Shown piece by piece: positions 25,459 through 34,894 of a DNA stretch of 64,000 nucleotides. The notes beneath the pieces were generated by a model. It had not been told where the DNA came from and searched no databases. It was given only the letters and a program-made list of their open reading frames with translations. Within the stretch, counting starts at the first letter, position 1. Every line of letters starts with the position of its first letter. Made by a program: the position numbers and the translations under genes. Source of the DNA: Ilumatobacteraceae bacterium (GTDB lineage: Bacteria; Actinomycetota; Acidimicrobiia; Acidimicrobiales; Ilumatobacteraceae); contig CAVQJG010000005.1 of assembly GCA_963712775.1 (NCBI GenBank), forward strand, positions 266,002-330,001, given 5' to 3'.

Positions 25459-25677
25459 ATGAACGACGACACCGAGTGGTACTGGGATCTGCAGCGCAAC
25501 GTGGCCGTGCCGGCGTCCGAACGTGGCCCCGGCGACCAGGTCCTCGGCCCCTACCCCTCGCGCCACGACGCCGAGAACTGGAAGGCGAAGGTGGAAGAGC
25601 GCAACGAGGGCTGGGAACACGACGACGAGGCATGGGAACACGCCGGCGAGTCCGACGACGAGGGAGCGGCCAGCTAG
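25459..25677 (+). CDS. small acidic Trp-rich hypothetical protein (72 aa)
   Basis: ATG 25459 in the frame of + ORF 24235..25677. MNDDTEWYWDLQRNVAVPASERGPGDQVLGPYPSRHDAENWKAKVEERNEGWEHDDEAWE. Coding-type GC3. Lies 11 nt upstream of rpe. Confidence 0.6.
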   Translation: MNDDTEWYWDLQRNVAVPASERGPGDQVLGPYPSRHDAENWKAKVEERNEGWEHDDEAWEHAGESDDEGAAS

Positions 25678-25688
25678 CTTCGCCCCCG

Positions 25689-26375
25689 ATGAGCCGACCG
25701 ATCCAGATCGCACCGTCCGTCCTGCCCGCCGACTTCTCCCGACTCGGCGAGGAAGTGGCCGCCCTCGAGGCCGCCGGCGTCGACCTGATCCAGTGGGACG
25801 TGATGGACGGCCAGTTCGTCCCGAACCTCACGTTCGGGCCCGACGTGATCGCGTCGGCCCGGCGGCACACCGGCGTGCCGTTCGAGGCGCACCTGATGGT
25901 GTACACGCCCGATCTGTTGGCGGCGCAGTACGTCGAGGCCGGCTGCTCCCGTCTGATCGTGCACGCCGAAGCGTGCACGCATCTGCACCGCACGCTCGGC
26001 AACATCAACGACCTCGGGGCCAACGCCGCCGTCGCGCTGAACCCGGCGACGCCCGCCTCCGCGATCTCTCACGTCCTCGATCTCGTCGACCTCGTGCTCG
26101 TGATGACCGTCAACCCCGGCTTCGGTGGCCAGGCCTACATCCCCACGATGGAGCCGAAGATCGCCGAGATCCGCTCGATGATCGACGATGCCGGCCTCGC
26201 GGACACCGTCGATCTCGAGGTCGACGGTGGGATCGGTCCGTCGACGATCGCCGGCGCCGCGGCCGCCGGCGCCAACGTCCTGATCGCCGGGAGCGCGCTC
26301 TACAAGGACCCCGAGGGGCTCGAACACGCCGTCACCGACCTGCGCGCCCGCGCCGAGGCCGCCCGCACCGCCTGA
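25689..26375 (+). CDS. rpe: ribulose-phosphate 3-epimerase
   Basis: ATG 25689. IAPSVLPADFSRLGEEV..DLIQWDVMDGQFVPNLTFG..HLMV..VLVMTVNPGFGGQAYI..DLEVDGGI. Confidence 0.95.
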   Translation: MSRPIQIAPSVLPADFSRLGEEVAALEAAGVDLIQWDVMDGQFVPNLTFGPDVIASARRHTGVPFEAHLMVYTPDLLAAQYVEAGCSRLIVHAEACTHLHRTLGNINDLGANAAVALNPATPASAISHVLDLVDLVLVMTVNPGFGGQAYIPTMEPKIAEIRSMIDDAGLADTVDLEVDGGIGPSTIAGAAAAGANVLIAGSALYKDPEGLEHAVTDLRARAEAARTA

Positions 26376-26384
26376 CGACCCCGC

Positions 26385-26431
26385 TTCTCGTGAACAAGGT
26401 GCGGCCCAGGGGCGCACCTTGTTCACGAGAA
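26385..26431. terminator. palindromic element family A copy 2, bidirectional terminator candidate
   Basis: Perfect 19-nt arms TTCTCGTGAACAAGGTGCG (26385-26403) and CGCACCTTGTTCACGAGAA (26413-26431). Lies between convergent rpe (stop 26375) and the GNAT gene (stop 26435). Confidence 0.6.
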
Positions 26432-26434
26432 CGA

Positions 26435-27007
26435 TCAGTCGGCGGGGCGGTGCATGCCCCACATGTGCGGGCCGTCGGCGAGGTCCCATTCGGAACGGAC
26501 GTCGAAGCCGTGGCGCCGGTAGTAGGCGACGTTCTCGACGGTCTCGGTCTCCAGGTAGCACGCGAGACCCTCCGCCTCCGCTCGCTCGAACACCACGTTC
26601 ATCAGTGCGGCACCGAGCCCCTGGCGCTGCCAGTCGGGGTGGGTGCCGAGCAGCTGGAGGTACCAGTGGGGTTCGTCGGGCGTGTGCGCCGCCATCGCCT
26701 CGCGGATGATCCCGAACCGTTCGAGCCGGTCGGGCGGCGGCGGTGGTGCGTCGAGGTCGTCGGCGAACTCGATCTCCGGACGGCCCGGCGGGATCCACAC
26801 GGCGACTGCGGCCACGTCGTCGCTGCACCACACCTCGCCCAGCCCGATCCAGCCCGACATCGCCGGGCGGAAGACGGCGCCCCCGGGAGCGAGGAACACC
26901 TCGTCCTCCGGATAGAGCCACCGCATCACGGGATCGTCGACGAACGAGCGCATCGCCGTGACACACGCACGTCCGGTGTCCTCGGGGAGAGCCCGTCTGA
27001 TCAGCAC
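26435..27007 (-). CDS. GNAT family acetyltransferase
   Basis: WYLQLLGTHPDWQRQGLGAALMNVVFERAEAEGLACYLETETVENVAYYRRHGF (acetyl-CoA binding Q/RxxGxG/A). GTG start 27007. Confidence 0.8.
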   Translation of the reverse strand: MLIRRALPEDTGRACVTAMRSFVDDPVMRWLYPEDEVFLAPGGAVFRPAMSGWIGLGEVWCSDDVAAVAVWIPPGRPEIEFADDLDAPPPPPDRLERFGIIREAMAAHTPDEPHWYLQLLGTHPDWQRQGLGAALMNVVFERAEAEGLACYLETETVENVAYYRRHGFDVRSEWDLADGPHMWGMHRPAD

Positions 27008-27030
27008 GACCGCGATCGTAGAGCGCGGGG

Positions 27031-27053
27031 CTGTGACACCCCTTCCCTACCAT
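27031..27053 (+). promoter_or_regulatory. CTGTGACAC-N8-TACCAT promoter candidate (RecA-NDp-like) for the helicase-nuclease operon; leaderless
   Basis: CTGTGACACCCCTTCCCTACCAT is 20/23 identical to the element upstream of recA. The -10-like TACCAT ends 7 nt before GTG 27061. Confidence 0.5.
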
Positions 27054-27060
27054 CGGGGAT

Positions 27061-30036
27061 GTGACGATCTCGGCGGCTCTGGTCGCACCTCCCGACGCGC
27101 TGGGCGCCCTCGCCGCGGCGATCGCCGAGGCGAAGGGTCCCGACCCGCTCGCGCCGGTCACCGTCGCGGTGCCGACCAACACCTGCGGGGTGATGACGCG
27201 ACGGGCGCTGGGGCGCGCCGGCGGGCTCGTCGGCGTCGACATGGTCACGCTGAACCGGCTCGCCGAACTCGTCGCCGGCCCCACGCTCGCTGCTGCGGGC
27301 CGCTCGCCGATGTCCACCCCGGTCGTCGACCTGGCGATCGGCACGGTCCTGGCCGTCGATCCCGGTCCGTTCGGTCCGGTGGCCACACACCCGTCGACGG
27401 TCGTCGCGCTGCGAGAGCTCCACGGCGAGCTCCGCCTCGCAGGTGCGGCGGCGCGCCGCCGGCTCGGTGACGAGTCCCAGCGGGGACGGCAGGTGCTTCG
27501 GGTGAGCGACGCGGTCACCGCCGCGCTCGAAGGCGACTGGTACGACGAAGCCGACCTGTTCTCGCTCGCCGCCTCGATCGTCGAGCACGAGTTCCCCGAC
27601 GGCCTGCGCACTCTCGTGCTGTACCTGCCGAGCGAGCTGTCGGGTCTCGCCCTCGCCTTCGTCGGCGCGCTCGGTCGTCACGTGCGCGTCCACCTGGTGC
27701 TGCAACTCACCGGCGAACCGTCCGCCGATGCGGACGCCCGAGCGATCGTCGCCGACCTCGGCGCGATCGTCCCCATCGGCGAGCCGATCGACCTGCCCGC
27801 GGCCTCGACGCGTCCCTCGGCGATCATCTCCAGCACCGACGCCGACGACGAGACCCGCGCTGCCGTCCGCGTCGTCCTCGACGCCGCACGAGCCGGCACC
27901 CCGTTCGAGCGCATCGCCGTCCTGTGGCCCTCGCAACGCCCGTACGCACGGCTGGTCCAACACCACCTCGACGCCGCCGAGATCCCCTGGAACGGCCGCC
28001 CCGGCACCACCGTCGTCGAACGTCTCGCCCCCCGCCTCGTGCTCGACCTGCTCGACGTCGACCGCCGCGGACTGCGACGGCACAACCTGTTCGACCTGCT
28101 CGCCGACGTCCCCGCCCGTGACGCCGATGGCGCCTACCTGCCAACGGCGAGCTGGGAACGAGTGAGCCGGGCCGCCGGCATCGCGCGTGACGACGACTGG
28201 GACCGCCGTCTCGGCGCCATCGCCACCAGCGAACGATGGGCGGCGTCGGCGACGTCGCTGCGCTCGTTCGTCACCGAACTCCGCAACGAGCTCGGCCGGC
28301 CCGCCGCCCGTCGATCGTGGGCGGACTGGTCGACCTGGTGCGGCGACCAGGTCGAGCGATGGCTCGGCCGACACACGATCGAGCGCCTGCCGGAGGCCGA
28401 GTACCGGGCCTGGGAGGCGCTGACGCTCGCCCTCGATCGCCTCGGCCACCTCGATCCGGTCGGCGATCCGGTCACCCGCCACCAGTTCCGGAGCACCCTC
28501 GAGGCCGAACTCGAGGCCAGCCCGGCGCGCGAGGGCCGGGTCGGCAACGGCGTCACCGTCGGGCCCCTCGCCGGTGCCGTCGGTCTCGACGTCGACGTGG
28601 TCGTCGTGGTCGGCGCCGCCGACGGTCTGCTCCCCCCGACACCACGGAGCGACCCGCTGCTGTCGGAGGCCGACCGCTCACTGGCAGGCCTTCCCACTGC
28701 CGACGCCCTGGCGACGAGGATTCACCGCCTCCTCCTCGCAACGCTCGCCACGAGCACCGTCACCCTCACCCACCCCCGCGGCGACCTCCGCGCCACGGCG
28801 CAGCTGCAACCGTCACGGTGGATCGGCGGCTGGATCGACGCGGTCGGAGTGCGGGCGATCGCCTCGCACCACGCGGGCATCGAGACCACCGAGTTCCCCG
28901 CCACGCCCACCGAGCACCGGCTGCGCACCCGCTACCACCGAGTCCGCAGCGGAACGCCGCTCGAACGGTTCATCGAGCCGACGACCGACGCGGTGCTCGC
29001 CCGAGGTCTCGCCCTGCGTGCCGCCCGCGGCAGCGACGACCTCACCGTGTTCGACGGCGACCTCAGCGGCGCCGACCTCCCGATGCTCGACGGTCCGGTG
29101 TCCCCGAGCCGCCTCGAGACCTGGGTCGCATGTCCACACGCCTACCTCGCCCACTATCTGCTCGAGGTCGACCCGATCGAGGAACCCGGCGCCGAGATCA
29201 GCATCACGGCGCGCGACCGCGGTTCGGCCCATCACCGGGCGCTCGACCTCTTCCACGCACAGGTGGTCGACGGCACCCTGCCGCAGCCGTCGGCCGAGGG
29301 CTGGAACGGCGAGCACCGCGCGGCCCTCGTCGCCGCCTTCGACGAGGTGTGCGAGACCACCGAGCGACGCGGGCGGACGGGCCGCCCCGCGTTCTGGGCC
29401 GACGAACGCACGCGGATGTGCGCCGACCTGCTCGACTGGCTCGATCACGACAGCCGGTTCGTCCGCGAGCGTGGATCGACGGTGTTGGCCTCCGAGCTGC
29501 GCTTCGGCGGCGACGGCGCGGTGGTGATCCGGCTCCCCGACGGCAGGCCGATCGAGCTGCAGGGTTCGATCGACCGCGTCGACCGCACTCGCGACGGAGC
29601 GCTCGTCGTCACCGACCACAAGACCGGCGGCCGGTCGAAGTACCGGGACCTGTCGGCCGACGACCCCACCGCGGGCGGCACCCTGTTCCAGCTGCCGAGC
29701 TACGCCGCCGCCGCCCGAGCGCACTTCGGCAGCGACGACACCGTGGTCCACGCCGAGTACGGCCTGATGCGCAAGGGCGGCTACGAGCGGCCGGGCTACC
29801 TGATCACCGCAGAGGTCGACGCGCGCGTCGCCGCGTCCCTCGCCACCGTGGTGGCCGGGATCGAGACCGGATTCTTCCCGAACCGTCCCGAACGGCCCGG
29901 GTTCCGGTTCTACGTCTCGTGCGAGTACTGCGAACCGGACCATCTCGGCACCGCCGAGCGATGGCCGGAATGGGAACGCAAACGCCACGACCCGCGGCTC
30001 GCCGCGTGGTTCGGGCCCGCCGGGGACGACGCATGA
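27061..30036 (+). CDS. AddB/AdnA-like helicase-nuclease subunit (degenerate motor domain, C-terminal PD-(D/E)XK nuclease)
   Basis: 991 aa. No GxGKT Walker A at the N-terminus (VAVPTNTCGVMTRR instead). C-terminal RecB-type nuclease blocks (SPSRLETWVACPHAY..GSIDRVDRTRDGALVVTDHKTG..QLPSYAAA) and a terminal Cys pair (SCEYCEPDH). Confidence 0.8.
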   Translation: MTISAALVAPPDALGALAAAIAEAKGPDPLAPVTVAVPTNTCGVMTRRALGRAGGLVGVDMVTLNRLAELVAGPTLAAAGRSPMSTPVVDLAIGTVLAVDPGPFGPVATHPSTVVALRELHGELRLAGAAARRRLGDESQRGRQVLRVSDAVTAALEGDWYDEADLFSLAASIVEHEFPDGLRTLVLYLPSELSGLALAFVGALGRHVRVHLVLQLTGEPSADADARAIVADLGAIVPIGEPIDLPAASTRPSAIISSTDADDETRAAVRVVLDAARAGTPFERIAVLWPSQRPYARLVQHHLDAAEIPWNGRPGTTVVERLAPRLVLDLLDVDRRGLRRHNLFDLLADVPARDADGAYLPTASWERVSRAAGIARDDDWDRRLGAIATSERWAASATSLRSFVTELRNELGRPAARRSWADWSTWCGDQVERWLGRHTIERLPEAEYRAWEALTLALDRLGHLDPVGDPVTRHQFRSTLEAELEASPAREGRVGNGVTVGPLAGAVGLDVDVVVVVGAADGLLPPTPRSDPLLSEADRSLAGLPTADALATRIHRLLLATLATSTVTLTHPRGDLRATAQLQPSRWIGGWIDAVGVRAIASHHAGIETTEFPATPTEHRLRTRYHRVRSGTPLERFIEPTTDAVLARGLALRAARGSDDLTVFDGDLSGADLPMLDGPVSPSRLETWVACPHAYLAHYLLEVDPIEEPGAEISITARDRGSAHHRALDLFHAQVVDGTLPQPSAEGWNGEHRAALVAAFDEVCETTERRGRTGRPAFWADERTRMCADLLDWLDHDSRFVRERGSTVLASELRFGGDGAVVIRLPDGRPIELQGSIDRVDRTRDGALVVTDHKTGGRSKYRDLSADDPTAGGTLFQLPSYAAAARAHFGSDDTVVHAEYGLMRKGGYERPGYLITAEVDARVAASLATVVAGIETGFFPNRPERPGFRFYVSCEYCEPDHLGTAERWPEWERKRHDPRLAAWFGPAGDDA

Positions 30037-33000
30037 AGCCGCCCGACGACAGCGCACGGGTGCGCATCAGCGACGACCTCGATGCCACCTTGTTCGTCGA
30101 GGCCGGCGCCGGCGCCGGCAAGACCAGCTCGCTCGTCGCCCGAATCGTCAACCTCGTGAAGTCCGGTGTGCCCATCACGGCGATCGCCGCGATCACGTTC
30201 ACCGAGAAGGCGGCGGCGGAGCTGCGCAGCCGGACCCGCGGTCGGCTGGTCGACGACGGAGGCCCCGAGGCGCTCGCCGCCCTCGAACGGCTCGACCACG
30301 CCCCGATCGGCACGCTCCACTCGTTCGCCCGACGCATCCTGTTCGACTTCCCGATCGACGCCGGCCTGCCCCCGGGATTCTCCGTGCTCGACGAGCTCGA
30401 GAGCGGGTTGGCGTTCGAGGAGCAGTGGGACGACCTGCTCGACCGGCTGCTCGACGACCCCGATCCTCCGGGTGGCCTCGTCGAGGGCGGCCGTGCGCTC
30501 GTGGAGCTGTGCGAGTTCGACGGCTTCGGGCTCGACCGGGGTGCGCGCCGGATGGCCGAAGACTTCCGGGCCAACTGGGACCTCGTGCACGATCGCGTCG
30601 ACCTCGCCGATCCGGGGCCCCTGCGCGTCGATCTCGATCCGGTCATCGCGACCGGTCGGCTGATCGCCGCAACACCGATTCCCGGCGACGACACCCAGGC
30701 GGGGCTCGTCACCGACATCGGCGCGATCGTCGACCAGCTCGCGTCCACCGACAGCGTTCGGACCCGTCTCGAGCTCGTCGCCGAACTCGATCGGCGGTTC
30801 GGCCACTGGGGAGACCTCAAGCAACGCCCCGGTGCGAAGGGCAAGTGGAAGGCGGCGTTCGGCGTCGACGGCCCGGCCGACCTCGAGGCGCTCCAGTCGC
30901 TCGAGATCGATCTCGGCACCGCCGCGCGAGGTGTCCTCGAACATGTTCGACGCCATCGCCGGCTCCTCCTCGGCGCGGTGCTCGGCAGGTTCGTGCTCGA
31001 CGCGGCGGCGGAGCGCTCCGGTGCCGGCCTGCTCGAGTTCCACGACCTGCTGGTGCTCGCCCGGCGGCTGCTCGCCGAACGTCCACCCATCCGCAGGCTG
31101 CTGCACGAGCGGTACCAGCGGCTCCTGCTCGACGAGTTCCAGGACACCGATCCGATCCAGCTCGAGATCGCGGTCCGCCTCACCGCCGATCCGGACGACC
31201 CTGCCCAGGATGTCGTCACCGCCGACGCGGCCGGCCCGTCGCCGTGGCGACAGCTCACCCCGCTCCCCGGACGTCTCTTCATCGTGGGCGATCCGAAGCA
31301 GTCGATCTACCGGTTCCGGCGAGCCGACATCTCCCAGTACCTCCGTGCCGCCGAGCAGGTCGGTGCAGAGCGGGTCGCCCTGTCGGCCAACTTCCGCTCG
31401 ACCCGGGCGGTGATCGACTTCGCCAACGACGTCTTCGGCCGTCTGATCACCTTCGAGGCCGACGCCCAGCCGGCGTTCCAGCCACTCGACGCGTGCCGAG
31501 CCGACGACCTGCTCGGGCACGGCACGGTGTCGGTGCTCGGCGTCGAGCGTCACGACGATCTCACGGCGCGGAGCCGGACGGGCGAGATGGGTGCTGCCGA
31601 CGCGTTGCGCGAGCGCGAGGCGCGCGACGTGGCAGCCACCGTGTCGACCGCACTCGCGGAGGGCTGGCCGGTCCACGACGACGTCGACGGGGGCCTGCGA
31701 CCGTGCCGTCCCGGCGACATCTGCGTGCTCCTGCCCACGCGCATCTCGCTGCCCTCGCTGGAAGCCGAACTCAGCCGGGCAGGTCTCGCGTACCGGGCCG
31801 AGAACTCCTCGGTCGTGTACGCGACCACCGAGATCCGCCACCTGATGCTGGTGCTCCGCGCCGCCGACGACCCGACCGACGAGCTCGCGCTCGTCGAGGC
31901 CCTGCGCAGCCCGCTCTACGGGTGCAGCGACACCGAACTCTGGGACTGGAAACGTCTCGGCGGTTCCTGGAACCCGTGGGCGACGCCGCCCGAACACCTG
32001 GTCGACCACCCGGTCCACGACGCGATCGGACACATCCGGTCGATCGCCGAACGCATCGGCTGGATCTCGCCCGCCGATCTGCTGGCGGCGGTCGCCGACG
32101 AGCGCCGCTCGTTCGACCTGGCGCTGGCCGGCGCCGACGCCCGCGACGTGTGGCGCCGGCTGCGGTACGTCATCGAACAGGCGCGGGCCTGGGCCGACGC
32201 GGGCGGCCACGGAGTCCGCCGGTACCTGCAGTGGGCGGCGCTCCAGGCGTCGGAGAGCCGGATCGCCGACACGATCCTGCCCGAACACGACCACGATGCC
32301 GTCCGGGTGATGACCATCCACGCGGCGAAGGGGCTCGAGTTCCCGATCACGATCGTCGCCGGGCTCACCACCAAGCCCCGCCGCGTCACCACCAATGGCG
32401 TCGTCTGGGCCAACGACACGTGGATGCTCGCCGGGCGCGGCGACGACGGGGTGTTCGTCGCCCACCAGCCGATCGACGAACAGATGGGGGACGCCGAGCG
32501 GCGGCGACTGCTCTACGTGGCGTGCACCCGGGCGTCGGATCACCTCGTCGTCTCACTGCACCGCGGCGCACCCACCAAGGCGAACGAGACCTACGACGAC
32601 TGGGGTCCGCTGACCTCTGCCGAGCTGATGTTCGCAGCAGGGGCGTGCGATCCCGGCTCGGGGGCGCAGCCGGTCGCCTTCGACATCCAGGCGATCGAGA
32701 CACCCGCCCCGGCCGTCAGCGACCTCGAGTGGAGCGAGCCGACCCGTTGGGCCGCCGAGCGAAACGAGGTCCTGCAGCGGGCTTCGCGGCGCACGGGCAT
32801 CGCCGCGACCCGCCTCTCCGAGGAACTCGCGGCCGTCGGTGACCGCGACGCGATCGACGACCCCGGTCTCGACAAGCGCCCGGTCAACGTCGATCTGCCG
32901 CCGTGGCAGCGCGGACGGTACGGCACGAGCATCGGGCGCGCCGTCCACGGGGTGCTGCAGTTCTGCGACCTCGCGTCCGGAGCCGACATCGAGAACCTCG

Positions 33001-33449
33001 CCCGAGCCCAGTGCGCCGCCGAGGGCGTGATCGGTCTCGACACCCACGTTGCCGCGCTCGCTCGTTCGGTGCTGACGACCCCGATCGTCCGCCAGGTCGT
33101 CGCGGGAGCACCGCACTGGCGCGAATTGTTCGTCGCCGCGCCCATCGGCGACCGGATCCTCGAGGGCTACGTCGACCTCCTCGTGCGGACGCCGGACGGT
33201 CTCGTGATCGTCGACTACAAGACCGACCAGTGGTCGGGTCCGGTGCAGACCGCGGAGCGCGTCGGCCGCTACCGAATGCAACTCGCGGCCTACGGGGCGG
33301 CGCTCGCGACCACACTCGGCGAGCAGATCCGCGGCGGCATCCTCGTGCGATGCGTCGCCGACGGTGACGCCGAGCAGATCGACATCGACGACTGGGACGG
33401 CGCGCTCGCAGAGATCGCACGGGCGGTCGGCGCGACCGCCATTGCCTGA
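30033..33449 (+). CDS. AddA/AdnB-like UvrD/PcrA-type helicase with C-terminal RecB-family nuclease
   Basis: ATG 30033 overlaps the upstream stop (ATGA). FVEAGAGAGKTSSLV (Walker A), LLLDEFQDTDPIQ, FIVGDPKQSIYRFRRAD, VMTIHAAKGLEFP, LLYVACTRA. Nuclease block ILEGYVDLLVRTPDGLVIVDYKTD. Confidence 0.85.
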   Translation: MKPPDDSARVRISDDLDATLFVEAGAGAGKTSSLVARIVNLVKSGVPITAIAAITFTEKAAAELRSRTRGRLVDDGGPEALAALERLDHAPIGTLHSFARRILFDFPIDAGLPPGFSVLDELESGLAFEEQWDDLLDRLLDDPDPPGGLVEGGRALVELCEFDGFGLDRGARRMAEDFRANWDLVHDRVDLADPGPLRVDLDPVIATGRLIAATPIPGDDTQAGLVTDIGAIVDQLASTDSVRTRLELVAELDRRFGHWGDLKQRPGAKGKWKAAFGVDGPADLEALQSLEIDLGTAARGVLEHVRRHRRLLLGAVLGRFVLDAAAERSGAGLLEFHDLLVLARRLLAERPPIRRLLHERYQRLLLDEFQDTDPIQLEIAVRLTADPDDPAQDVVTADAAGPSPWRQLTPLPGRLFIVGDPKQSIYRFRRADISQYLRAAEQVGAERVALSANFRSTRAVIDFANDVFGRLITFEADAQPAFQPLDACRADDLLGHGTVSVLGVERHDDLTARSRTGEMGAADALREREARDVAATVSTALAEGWPVHDDVDGGLRPCRPGDICVLLPTRISLPSLEAELSRAGLAYRAENSSVVYATTEIRHLMLVLRAADDPTDELALVEALRSPLYGCSDTELWDWKRLGGSWNPWATPPEHLVDHPVHDAIGHIRSIAERIGWISPADLLAAVADERRSFDLALAGADARDVWRRLRYVIEQARAWADAGGHGVRRYLQWAALQASESRIADTILPEHDHDAVRVMTIHAAKGLEFPITIVAGLTTKPRRVTTNGVVWANDTWMLAGRGDDGVFVAHQPIDEQMGDAERRRLLYVACTRASDHLVVSLHRGAPTKANETYDDWGPLTSAELMFAAGACDPGSGAQPVAFDIQAIETPAPAVSDLEWSEPTRWAAERNEVLQRASRRTGIAATRLSEELAAVGDRDAIDDPGLDKRPVNVDLPPWQRGRYGTSIGRAVHGVLQFCDLASGADIENLARAQCAAEGVIGLDTHVAALARSVLTTPIVRQVVAGAPHWRELFVAAPIGDRILEGYVDLLVRTPDGLVIVDYKTDQWSGPVQTAERVGRYRMQLAAYGAALATTLGEQIRGGILVRCVADGDAEQIDIDDWDGALAEIARAVGATAIA

Positions 33450-33454
33450 ACCGC

Positions 33455-34894
33455 TCAGTCCACGCCGAGACGGATCACCGGGATGTCCCAGGCTGCGGCG
33501 AGCGAATCGAGGGCAGCTCGGTGTTCGCCGTACACGAGCCCCACGTGGTGTTCGAGCCCGCGACCGAACACCGTCGCCAACACCGACGCCACCGGCTGGT
33601 CCCATCGCAGCACCGCGCACGTCCCCTGGAACGGTCGGGGCCGCCGGAGGATCTCGCCGCCCCCGATCACCATCGACAGGTCGCCACCGGCCTGGCTCAG
33701 CCGGGCGATCGTCACACGGCCCGGTCGGAGCGCGAACTGGTTGGCGAGTGCACGGTGACGGTTGGGATGGGTGATGGCGACCGGGCGCACGTCCGGGTCG
33801 GCGAGGGTCACCGACGCCACACCGCAGTGCCACACCACCGAGGTGTCGTCGGTCTCGTCGGCGTCGACCAGGTCGGCGACGAACGGGTCGGATCCGCCGA
33901 TCTCGCGCAGGAGGAGCGCGGTGGCAGCGCCGTACAGGTCGGCCTCGCACACCCCCGGCACACCGTCCTCGGTGAGCATCGCCATCGGCGTGCAGACCGC
34001 GCCCCCGTACTCGGTCATGCACTCCGGCCAGCATCGTGTCGCGAGCGCTGACCATCCGTGGCGGTCTGCGAGCGCGCTCAGGCCGGCGTGGAGGGCAACG
34101 CTCTCGTCGAGACCGGCGCTCGCGGTGTCGACATCGAGATCCATCGCCGAACGCACCCGCTCGATCGTGGCGGCGCGTGTCGGAGCGGGCGCGGCATCGG
34201 CCTCGGCGAACAGCGTCGGGAGCGGAATCCGGTCGACCTCGATTCCCGTGACGTCGCGCATCTCGTCGACGTCGCCCGCGCACGGCTCGAACCCGGTCGG
34301 CGGCTCACCGACCACGCCGATGCGACGGCTGCTCAGCCGGGCCGCGATCGAACGTCCCTCCGCGACCTCTGCCGCCACGCGTGGGGGCACCTCGTGGTGG
34401 GCGGCGGTCGAACCGGTCGCGGTCACGCGCCCGATGGCGCGGGCGATCGTGTCGGCGGCGGACTCGACCGACGGGTCCACGTGGACGAACTCGACGCGAT
34501 GGGGACGCCGCCGCAGCAGGTAGGCCGCCAGATTCGCACCACAGAGCGAGTTGAGACGGAGGCGGTCACCGGTGCGGGCCTCCGGGAACGACCAGACGAC
34601 GATCGGTACGCCCAGCCGGGTGGCGACCCGTCCGACCAGGGAGGAATCGCTGAAGGTCGCCTGCAGGACCACCACCACGTCCGGGGCGCCGGCGATGCTG
34701 TCCAGTGCGCCGTCGAGGACCGCGTCGACCTCGCCGATGTCGGTCAGGATCCGCTGGTCGTCCAGGTGCACCGGACCCAGCCCGGCGAGCACGGCCGTGG
34801 CGGCCCCCACCTGCTGGGTGCCGAGTTCGAGGTCGAACGTGGGCCGTCCGATCGGGACCACGAGGATCCGGTGTCGGTCGATCGTGCTGGTCAT
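33455..34894 (-). CDS. L-fucose/L-arabinose isomerase-like family protein (substrate unknown)
   Basis: ATG 34894 (MTSTIDRHRILVVPIGRPTFD..) overlaps the kinase stop. VVVLQATFSDSS..VVWSFPE..NSLCGANL..GVCEADLYGAATALLL. The family call is from motif memory. Confidence 0.65.
   Translation of the reverse strand: MTSTIDRHRILVVPIGRPTFDLELGTQQVGAATAVLAGLGPVHLDDQRILTDIGEVDAVLDGALDSIAGAPDVVVVLQATFSDSSLVGRVATRLGVPIVVWSFPEARTGDRLRLNSLCGANLAAYLLRRRPHRVEFVHVDPSVESAADTIARAIGRVTATGSTAAHHEVPPRVAAEVAEGRSIAARLSSRRIGVVGEPPTGFEPCAGDVDEMRDVTGIEVDRIPLPTLFAEADAAPAPTRAATIERVRSAMDLDVDTASAGLDESVALHAGLSALADRHGWSALATRCWPECMTEYGGAVCTPMAMLTEDGVPGVCEADLYGAATALLLREIGGSDPFVADLVDADETDDTSVVWHCGVASVTLADPDVRPVAITHPNRHRALANQFALRPGRVTIARLSQAGGDLSMVIGGGEILRRPRPFQGTCAVLRWDQPVASVLATVFGRGLEHHVGLVYGEHRAALDSLAAAWDIPVIRLGVD

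Noticed and set aside
27008-33449. GNAT + helicase-nuclease genes as a possible phage-defence module (Gabija- or Hachiman-like).
   Set aside because: The two large proteins have the AddAB/AdnAB double-strand-break repair architecture and a DNA-damage-type promoter. The neighbourhood is core metabolism, with no ATPase/TOPRIM, HamA, toxin or mobile-element hallmarks.
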